Assembly: GCA_002085035.1 (NCBI GenBank)
Contig: MZGM01000001.1
Location: 1 to 43,778 of the forward strand
Length of the DNA stretch: 43,778 bases
Reading direction: 5' to 3'
Origin: Candidatus Zhuqueibacterota bacterium 4484_219
GTDB lineage: Bacteria; Zhuqueibacterota; JdFR-76; 4484-219
Positions 7,918 to 15,257 of this stretch are shown piece by piece. A program made the position numbers and the translations under genes. Numbering within the stretch: the first letter of the stretch is position 1; each line of letters starts with the position of its first letter. The notes beneath the pieces were generated by a model. The model was not told the origin of the DNA. It ran no database searches and worked only from the letters and a program-made list of their open reading frames with translations.

Positions 7918-9195
7918 ATGCCACTGAAGAATGTATTTCATTTTGTTTTCGATACAATATTTTTATTTTCAATCTCATGGGGGTGTGCCGAACGACAAAG
8001 AGCTAATCCTCTGGATCCACGCAATCCTGAAACCCACGGTAAACCTACAGGTTTACAAGTATGCTCCGATTACAAAGGGGTTACTTTAAAATGGCAACGG
8101 TTGAACTTTGAAGCTTTAGTAGGTTACAATATTTACCGGAAAAGCGGTTACGAAAAAAATTTCAAGAAGATAGCTGTTGTTCATCCCGATTCTAATACTT
8201 ACTTCGACAGAGACATTCAGTATGAAGTTAGATATAGATATTGTATTTCCTACCAACTTAAGGAATACGAAAGTTCTGTTTCAGACGAGGTAAGTATTGT
8301 TCCCGGTCCCTCCTTTATTTGGGTTGTATTTAAAAACTGTGGCCAAGTAGCAAAATTGACTCATGATAGTTCTCATCGAGTTTTTCAAGTCGGAGGGATG
8401 GGGTTCCCCTCGATTATTGCAGTGGACAAAATAGATAATGGCGTCTGGGTCAGCGACCCATACTGGAGATTGATTTACAGGTTGGATAAAGAGGGAACAA
8501 TCACTAAGCAGATTTCTGATGTTGGTTGGTCGGTTGCTTTGGCTGTAGACACGGTTCGTAATGTATTATGGGTAGCTGATGCTGAGAACCACAAAATACA
8601 AAGGATAGACACCAACGGCATTATTCTTCAACAAATTACGGACTTTGAGTATCCAAGTTGTCTTGCGCTCGACATGCGTTCGGGAGCTTGTTGGGTTACA
8701 GATTCGAGTTTAAAAAAAGTCACCAAATTGACATCACAAGGAGCTGTGGAACAAGTTGTTTTTTTGAGCGCTCCGCCTTACGCAATAAGTGTGTACCAAA
8801 AGGATGGATCTTGCTGGATTGCTGATAGTTGCGGAGTAACGCAAATATCTGCGGCTGGAGTAGTTCTCCAATACCTAAAAGGATTCAATTGTGCCACAAG
8901 AATTTCTGTCGATCAAGAAACAGGTAGTTGTTGGGTACTGGATTTTGGTACAGATGGGTATGATGCTAAGTTAGTGAGACTTTCTCCACAAGGTGAGAAA
9001 CTGTTTCAGGTAGAAGGACTGGCTTATCCTCAATCTATTGCAGTCGATATGACTGACCAAACCTGTGTGGTGGCCGATACTTACAACTATCGAGTAGTGA
9101 AGATATCCAGAGAAGGAGAGTTGGTTGGGGAATGGAATACTAATTGTACTCCCTGGGGAGTGGCCATAGAACAAAAACGAAATATTAATAAATGA
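7918..9195 (+). CDS. Secreted/lipoprotein with an FN3-like domain and a six-bladed NHL-like beta-propeller
   Basis: The leader ends in SWGC. An FN3-like segment follows (PTGLQV..VTLKW..GYNIYR). Six repeats of the pattern [CLV]W[VI].D....K[IV].[RK][IL]...G are present: VWVSDPYWRLIYRLDKEG, LWVADAENHKIQRIDTNG, CWVTDSSLKKVTKLTSQG, CWIADSCGVTQISAAG, CWVLDFG..KLVRLSPQG, CVVADTYNYRVVKISREG. Confidence 0.6.
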   Translation: MPLKNVFHFVFDTIFLFSISWGCAERQRANPLDPRNPETHGKPTGLQVCSDYKGVTLKWQRLNFEALVGYNIYRKSGYEKNFKKIAVVHPDSNTYFDRDIQYEVRYRYCISYQLKEYESSVSDEVSIVPGPSFIWVVFKNCGQVAKLTHDSSHRVFQVGGMGFPSIIAVDKIDNGVWVSDPYWRLIYRLDKEGTITKQISDVGWSVALAVDTVRNVLWVADAENHKIQRIDTNGIILQQITDFEYPSCLALDMRSGACWVTDSSLKKVTKLTSQGAVEQVVFLSAPPYAISVYQKDGSCWIADSCGVTQISAAGVVLQYLKGFNCATRISVDQETGSCWVLDFGTDGYDAKLVRLSPQGEKLFQVEGLAYPQSIAVDMTDQTCVVADTYNYRVVKISREGELVGEWNTNCTPWGVAIEQKRNINK

Positions 9196-11069
9196 GATTA
9201 AAGCTTAAAAATAAGCAGTACCTTTTATTTAGCGTGTTTTTGAATCAAAATTACCTGGAGAGGATTACCAACCTGCCAGTGTTGATTTCCTCGGTTAAAT
9301 CGCTTTTAAATTCAACGTTCATCTCTTTTTTTGCTACCATTTTCTCGTTTTCCGTCCTATTTATTTTGCGAGATTTGATTTACTACCGAAGTAAAAAAGG
9401 AACGCGAAAGCTTTTTAGCCTGACTTTGCTTTTGTTGGTGGCCTATGTTATTTGTACTCATTTTTCAGGAAGGTTTTATGAGACAGGGGGGGCATTTAGT
9501 GAGAAGACTACTATTGAGCGGATACTCTACGGGGCACTCTTGTTTTTCATTTTGCTCCTCTCTTTACGCACCGCCTGGGTAAATTATCTGAACAAGCGTC
9601 AGAAAATCGCTGCTTTCTGGGGCGGGATATTGATTTTACCCGGAGCCATCATGTTGACTCGGTCAGCTACTTATCAACATATCTTTTATTACAGCGTCAC
9701 CCTTGGTACATTTGATCTGTTTGTAGCTCATTTTCTTAATGTTTACATCGCTATTGCTCTAATTAGTCTTCTTCTTCATTTGCCTACTGCCAGTATTTTT
9801 GATCGAAAAATGAAACAGATCTCTTCTCTGCATAATTTAAGCCAGGTAATCAATTCTGTTTTGGATTACGATAAAGTAGTTACTAAAATCACAGAATTGG
9901 TGACCAATGTGTTAGATTGCAAATACAGTTGGTTGGAATTGGCTGATGGGAATTCTGATCGGTTGGTAGTAGCTTCTGCAAAAGGTTTGACAAATCGGGA
10001 CTTGGAGACCATGAACTTGGATTCACACAGTGGAGTAAGTGGTTGGATTATTCAAAACAAAAGGTCGATTTTGGTCAACGAGGTAGGTAAAGATGCACGC
10101 GCTAAATATTTGAGGGATTGGAAAAAGGATATCGGATCATTGTTAGGGGTTCCGCTGCTTTCCCAAAATCAAATAATGGGAATCCTTTATGCTATGAAGG
10201 AAGATGAGTTTGGGTTTGATCATGAGGATCAGCAAATGTTACAAGCTTTCGCTAATCAGGCCACGATAGCTATTGAAAATGCGCGTCTGGTTGAAGAATC
10301 GTTGGAGAAAGAACGTTTGGAGCAGGAAATGCGCGTGGCTCACCAAACCCAAATGAAATTGCTTCCCCAGCGAAGGCCTGAAATTCAAGGTTTGGATATT
10401 GATGCTATCTGTATTGCTGCTAACGAAGTTGGCGGCGACTATTACAGTTTTGTTGAACTGTCCCCTTCTCGATTGGGAATCGTTATTGCAGATGTCTCGG
10501 GTAAAGGGATATCTGCCGCTTTTTATATGGCTCAGCTTAAGGGAATTATTGATGCTTTTAGTAAAATCTATGAATCTCCCAAAGTGTTGCTTCAAAAACT
10601 TAACAGAACATTGTACGATAATATCGATCGCATGAGCTTTGTAAGCTTGATTTATGCGGTGGTAGATACCAATAAAAAGCGCCTTAATTTTTGTCGAGCT
10701 GGACATTGTCCGGTGTTTTATTATTCTACCCGGGATAAAAAGGTGCATACTCTTGTTCCCGCCGGTATTGGAGTGGCGTTGGATAAGGGGCCTATTTTTG
10801 ATCGCACTATCGAGCAAATAGAAATTTGCTTCAATCCGGGAGACATATTTGTTTTTTACACGGATGGTTTATCTGAAGCACGTAATCAGAACCAGGAAGA
10901 ATTTGGGGAACAGCACCTCCAGCAGATTATTAGTCAAGGAAATCAATTGTCTGCCCAGGAACTCAAAACTGCAATTGTTGATGAATTGAGGCAATTTATC
11001 GGTACCACCAGAACTTATGATGATATGTCTTTACTGATTGTGAAAATAGAAGAAACAAAAGAAGAATAG
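9192..11069 (+). CDS. Polytopic membrane GAF-domain PP2C (SpoIIE/RsbU-type) protein phosphatase
   Basis: About 200 aa with 5-6 hydrophobic helices, then a GAF domain (..GVPLLSQNQIMGILYAMK..ATIAIENARL). PP2C motifs follow: HQTQMKLLP, GGDYYSF, IADVSGKGISAAFYMAQL, FYTDGLSEA, DDMSLLIVK. The start ATG overlaps the upstream stop (ATGA). Confidence 0.85.
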   Translation: MRLKLKNKQYLLFSVFLNQNYLERITNLPVLISSVKSLLNSTFISFFATIFSFSVLFILRDLIYYRSKKGTRKLFSLTLLLLVAYVICTHFSGRFYETGGAFSEKTTIERILYGALLFFILLLSLRTAWVNYLNKRQKIAAFWGGILILPGAIMLTRSATYQHIFYYSVTLGTFDLFVAHFLNVYIAIALISLLLHLPTASIFDRKMKQISSLHNLSQVINSVLDYDKVVTKITELVTNVLDCKYSWLELADGNSDRLVVASAKGLTNRDLETMNLDSHSGVSGWIIQNKRSILVNEVGKDARAKYLRDWKKDIGSLLGVPLLSQNQIMGILYAMKEDEFGFDHEDQQMLQAFANQATIAIENARLVEESLEKERLEQEMRVAHQTQMKLLPQRRPEIQGLDIDAICIAANEVGGDYYSFVELSPSRLGIVIADVSGKGISAAFYMAQLKGIIDAFSKIYESPKVLLQKLNRTLYDNIDRMSFVSLIYAVVDTNKKRLNFCRAGHCPVFYYSTRDKKVHTLVPAGIGVALDKGPIFDRTIEQIEICFNPGDIFVFYTDGLSEARNQNQEEFGEQHLQQIISQGNQLSAQELKTAIVDELRQFIGTTRTYDDMSLLIVKIEETKEE

Positions 11070-11090
11070 CTGATAAGTAAGGAGGCTTGC

Positions 11091-11432
11091 ATGGCTGAGT
11101 TTGGTGTTGAACGTAAGGATGTAAATGGAGTGTCGGTTTTGTACATTAAGGGCTATTTAGATGCCCATACTGCACCCGAGTTTGAACAAGCTATCAGACA
11201 GTTATTGAATGAAGGTCGCTATAAGATTGTGGTAAATTTTAAAGACTTGAGTTACATCAGCAGTGCGGGCTTAGGGGTTTTTATGGGTTTCATTGAAGAA
11301 ATACGAAACAACAAAGGGGACATTAAGTTAAGCAATATGACTGACAAAGTGTTCAGAATTTTTGATCTTTTAGGATTTCCCAGCTTGTATGAAATTTTTC
11401 AGGACGAACAAGAGGCAATCGAAAAATTTTAA
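11091..11432 (+). CDS. STAS-domain anti-sigma-factor antagonist-like protein (RsbV/SpoIIAA family)
   Basis: 113 aa. The conserved phospho-serine context DLSYISSAGLGV is present, and the length and pattern are typical (..GYLDAHTAPEFE.., FPSLYEIF). Strong SD (AAGGAGG). Confidence 0.85.
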   Translation: MAEFGVERKDVNGVSVLYIKGYLDAHTAPEFEQAIRQLLNEGRYKIVVNFKDLSYISSAGLGVFMGFIEEIRNNKGDIKLSNMTDKVFRIFDLLGFPSLYEIFQDEQEAIEKF

Positions 11433-11482
11433 GTAAATAAAATTAATCCGAGTGAAAAAGGATCGCTCAGTAGGAGGCTATT

Positions 11483-11995
11483 TTGGACCAAAAACGAGGT
11501 CGTTACCATCTCAATACACCCAGCAGTAGTGAAAATTTAGGACAGATTCGTGACTTTGTGGGGGAAATTGCCCGGAAAGCTGGTTTTACTGAGGAATATG
11601 TGAATAAAATCCAAATCGCAGTCGACGAGGCTTGTACTAATGTAGTCCAACATGCTTACAAAGGGATGATACCTAAAGATATTGATGTGCTGGTAGAGGT
11701 CAATTCGGATAAGTTGACTGTTACTGTATCAGATCAGGGGCGGGGTTTTGACCCCCATAGCTTCCCCCCACTGGATATGAACGCATATTTCGCTAATTTG
11801 AAGCGCGGTGGACTGGGAATTTACCTTATCCATATGCTTATGGACGAAGTGGAATTCATGATAAATCCTGGCCGTAAGAACAGCGTAAGAATGGTGAAAT
11901 TTCTTCATCCCGTAGAAAGTTCGGAAAGGAAACAAAACCAGAAGATACTTCTTGAGAAATCTCGTGAGCGCAAACGCCATGCAGTCTCTGAATAA
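11483..11995 (+). CDS. RsbW/SpoIIAB-like serine kinase (anti-sigma regulatory factor, HATPase_c fold)
   Basis: N-box-like DEACTNVVQHAY, G1 DQGRGFD and G2 GGLGIYLI. TTG start with AGGAGG 5 nt upstream. Basic C-terminal tail. Confidence 0.85.
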   Translation: MDQKRGRYHLNTPSSSENLGQIRDFVGEIARKAGFTEEYVNKIQIAVDEACTNVVQHAYKGMIPKDIDVLVEVNSDKLTVTVSDQGRGFDPHSFPPLDMNAYFANLKRGGLGIYLIHMLMDEVEFMINPGRKNSVRMVKFLHPVESSERKQNQKILLEKSRERKRHAVSE

Positions 11996-13760
11996 ATCTG
12001 ATGTTATCGAACAAAAGGATTTTGATCAGCTCAAAATTCGTTATCTGGAGCTGATGTCCCTTTTTGAAATCAACAAAATCCTGAATTCAACACTCGATTT
12101 GCGATCTATTCTGGACAATGTGCTTCTGACTCCCATGGGAAGACTTATGATTAGCAAGGGGATGGTATTTCTTCACAAGTCGCCCAATCGTTTGCAAGTT
12201 GAAAATCTTAAAGGTATGAGCCTAAAATTTCTGGGACTAAATTTTACCATTGAAACCTTACCTAACTCTCCGGTATTGCTTTCTACCATCGATGCTCCCC
12301 ATGAGCGTTTGTTTGCTTTTTTGCAGGAAAATGGCATAGAGGTTCTAATTCCGCTTATTGCAAATGACAGATATTTGGGGATTCTCGCTTTTGGAAAAAA
12401 ATTTAGTGGTACGGGCTTGTCAGAGGATGAAATTGAGTTTTTGGTTTCGCTTTCACACTTGGCTGCAATAGCAGTAGATAAGAGCCTGATGTTTGAAGAG
12501 CTGCGACAAGCCAACAAGCGTTTGGACAAAAAAATTCAAGAGTTGAATACTCTATTTGAAATTAGCAGAGAGTTGAACGCTACCCTGGATATTGAAAAAC
12601 TGACCAATATTCTTACCTTCGCCATCATGGGGGAAATGTTAGTCAACAAATGTGTTATTTTATTGGTTGATGATGGCAACTTGCAGGCAGCAGTGGGAAA
12701 GGGGGTAAAGATTCAACCGTTCCAGAGGAGATTGATCCTTACCAAATCTGATTTAACCGGTCTTTTTCCAAGTTCTCTATCCTCTTTATTAGTAGAAGAA
12801 CTGCCGAACTCTTCCCGTTTTGGGAGATTGAAACGACAATTTGAAGAATGGGGGATAGATTATTTAATACCGATGCGCGCTCAGGATGAAATCAAAGGTA
12901 TTATTGGAATTGGTAAAAAGATTGCTGGTGCTCCAGTTTCTGATTCTGAATTGGAGTTTCTTTCTACTATTGGCAACGACGCGGTAATTGCTATTGAAAA
13001 TGCTCGTCTGGTGAAGGAGATGTTGGAGAAACAGCGTTTGGAAGAAGAGCTGAAGATTGCTTGCCAAATCCAGCAGCGCTTGCTGCCGGAAAAATGCCCC
13101 CAATTCGACAATTTTTCTATTGCTGGGACCAATTTGCCCAGTTATCAGGTGGGGGGAGATTATTACGATTGCATTGCCCTGGGTAATGATCGAGTAGGCC
13201 TGGCGATTGCTGATGTTTCTGGCAAGGGTACACCAGCAGCACTATTGATGGCCAATCTACAAGCCAGTTTACGTGCATTAGCATTGGATAAAGAACAGGT
13301 AACCCAAATTGTTGCCAGAATTAATAACTTGATCCATCGAAATACTGCTGAAGATAAATTCATTACTTTTTTTTATGGAGTCGTGGATACAAAAGAAAAA
13401 ACATTGGTGTATGTCAATGCTGGGCATAATCCCCCCATTTTGTTTCATCATGATGGGTCTTTCCAACAGTTGGAAAAGGGGGGATTACTATTGGGAATGT
13501 TGCCGAACGTGCCGTATGAACAGGAAGAAGTAAAGTTGCAAGCTGGAGATGTACTGATACTTTACACTGATGGGGTGACCGAGGCGCTAAACGAGCAAGA
13601 TGAAGAGTATGGAGTGACCAGACTGATTGAAGAAGTAGGTAGAAACCTGAGTTTATCCTCTGAACAGCTGGTGTCGAAGATTGTTGAGTCGGTGAAAACA
13701 TTTGCTCAATCGCCGCTCCAATCTGATGATATTACCATCCTGGTAGGAAAGATGAGTTGA
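11979..13760 (+). CDS. Cytoplasmic GAF-GAF-PP2C (SpoIIE/RsbU-type) protein phosphatase
   Basis: Two GAF-like modules (..IPLIANDRYLGILAFGKK..AAIAVDKSLM; ..IPMRAQDEIKGIIGIGKK..AVIAIENARL). PP2C motifs follow: CQIQQRLLP, GGDYYDC, IADVSGKGTPAALLMANL, LYTDGVTEA, SDDITILV. The ORF is open from TTG 11952; I chose ATG 11979, which overlaps the kinase gene by 17 nt. Confidence 0.85.
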   Translation: MQSLNKSDVIEQKDFDQLKIRYLELMSLFEINKILNSTLDLRSILDNVLLTPMGRLMISKGMVFLHKSPNRLQVENLKGMSLKFLGLNFTIETLPNSPVLLSTIDAPHERLFAFLQENGIEVLIPLIANDRYLGILAFGKKFSGTGLSEDEIEFLVSLSHLAAIAVDKSLMFEELRQANKRLDKKIQELNTLFEISRELNATLDIEKLTNILTFAIMGEMLVNKCVILLVDDGNLQAAVGKGVKIQPFQRRLILTKSDLTGLFPSSLSSLLVEELPNSSRFGRLKRQFEEWGIDYLIPMRAQDEIKGIIGIGKKIAGAPVSDSELEFLSTIGNDAVIAIENARLVKEMLEKQRLEEELKIACQIQQRLLPEKCPQFDNFSIAGTNLPSYQVGGDYYDCIALGNDRVGLAIADVSGKGTPAALLMANLQASLRALALDKEQVTQIVARINNLIHRNTAEDKFITFFYGVVDTKEKTLVYVNAGHNPPILFHHDGSFQQLEKGGLLLGMLPNVPYEQEEVKLQAGDVLILYTDGVTEALNEQDEEYGVTRLIEEVGRNLSLSSEQLVSKIVESVKTFAQSPLQSDDITILVGKMS

Positions 13761-13808
13761 CTTTCCTTGTTTTACCGCTGCAGTCGAAATTTATCTCTTT
13801 AAATTGTT

Positions 13809-15254
13809 TTGTCTATGGAAAATTATTCACATTTCGGTGATTACTGGAAGCATAAGGTTTTTTCTTTATTTTCTTATTTGACAAGCAGTTATAGCCGTCT
13901 TCAAATTCGGATTAAGTTTAGTATTTTTATTAGTTTGATTTTATTAGCGGTGATTTTTGTTCTGAGTTTGAGTATTTTGGAAAGTGGAGAGTCTCTTCTA
14001 CAGGAGAGGGTGAACGAAGTTTGTCGTCTATCAGTGCAAAGTCTTTCTGGGGTTGCCCGCGATAATCTGCTATTAGAAATAACAGTACCAATTCAGGAAT
14101 TGATTAATAGGATGATGCAGATGAACATCGAGGGATTAAAGTATGCCTTCGTTGTCAATCGTCAGGGAGGGGTGGTAGCGCATTCTGATGTACAAGAAAT
14201 TGGAAGAAACTTCTCTAAGTATATTCAAAAGGACTTGATTGAAAAAAATAACAGAGCTATTGAAAAAGGGAATTATTTTGAATATATCGAACCACTCTAT
14301 GCGATAAAGCAAACCGGGAAAGAACCATTGCAAAAGGTTTTGGTAGGTGTAGCAGTAGTAGGATTTTCCAAAGCAGACATCTACCGTCCAATTCGTAAGG
14401 CCAAAAGATTTATTTACCTTATTACAATAGCAGTAATCGGTTTAAGTGCCGTGGGGGTATACTTTGTTGCCAGGGGTATGTCTGCGAAGATCAGTAAGCT
14501 ATCGGAAAGTGTTAAGAGTATTCAGCAAGGAAATCTGGATGTGGAAGTTCCTGTTACATCCCAAGACGAAATAGGGATTCTGGCCACCGAGTTTAATCGT
14601 ATGGTGCGGCATCTCAAAGAAAATATTCACATGCAGAAATTTGTTTCGCGACTAACGGTGGATATGATTCGTCAGACAGCCAATTCTTCGCTCGAACCCC
14701 AACGGTTGGAAAGACGCAACGTCGCTGTACTTTTTTCTGATATCCGTAATTTTAGTGCCCTTTCCGAGAAATTGGAACCAGAGGACCTGGTTGAAGTGGT
14801 CAATGTTTATCTTGATTTGCAAACTAATATTATTCAGAAACACCAAGGAGTAGTGGATAAATTTGTCGGTGATGAGATAATAGCTATCTTTCAAGAAGAC
14901 CTGATGGCGGACAATGCTGTTGATGCTGCTGTGGAAATACAGAAGGGCATTAAAGAACTTAACTGGCACCGTAAGTTCAAAAATTTGGAATTGCTTACGG
15001 TAGGTGTGGGAATAAATTATGGACCGGTGATGATTGGTAGTATGGGTTCAAAAAAGCGAATGGATTACACCGCTATCGGTGATACTGTAAATCTGGCTAG
15101 CCACATCTGCAACATTGCCAGACCCGGAGAGGTTATCATTACTCAAAATGTGATTCAGGTTTTGCAGAATTCGTATTCAGTTATTAAATTGGAACCCCTT
15201 ATGTTAAAAGGAAGAAGTAGACCAGTTCAAGTTTACAAGGTTAATTACTATTGA
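13809..15254 (+). CDS. Membrane sensor class III adenylate/guanylate cyclase (TM - Cache-like - TM - HAMP - cyclase)
   Basis: Two TM helices flank a ~150-aa extracytoplasmic segment. HAMP region: ISKLSESVKSIQQGNLDVEVPVTSQDEIGILATEFNRMV. Cyclase motifs: VAVLFSDIRNFS, DKFVGDEIIAIF, GINYGPVMIGSMGS, DYTAIGDTVNLASH. Start is TTG 13809 or ATG 13815. Confidence 0.85.
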   Translation: MSMENYSHFGDYWKHKVFSLFSYLTSSYSRLQIRIKFSIFISLILLAVIFVLSLSILESGESLLQERVNEVCRLSVQSLSGVARDNLLLEITVPIQELINRMMQMNIEGLKYAFVVNRQGGVVAHSDVQEIGRNFSKYIQKDLIEKNNRAIEKGNYFEYIEPLYAIKQTGKEPLQKVLVGVAVVGFSKADIYRPIRKAKRFIYLITIAVIGLSAVGVYFVARGMSAKISKLSESVKSIQQGNLDVEVPVTSQDEIGILATEFNRMVRHLKENIHMQKFVSRLTVDMIRQTANSSLEPQRLERRNVAVLFSDIRNFSALSEKLEPEDLVEVVNVYLDLQTNIIQKHQGVVDKFVGDEIIAIFQEDLMADNAVDAAVEIQKGIKELNWHRKFKNLELLTVGVGINYGPVMIGSMGSKKRMDYTAIGDTVNLASHICNIARPGEVIITQNVIQVLQNSYSVIKLEPLMLKGRSRPVQVYKVNYY

Positions 15255-15257
15255 ACC

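Noticed and set aside
10239-10817. 192-aa ORF on the - strand inside the first PP2C phosphatase gene
   Set aside because: It is fully antisense to a well-supported CDS with clear PP2C motifs. The translation is low-complexity (many N/S/I/F/K residues) with no recognisable motif and no SD. It looks like a shadow ORF.
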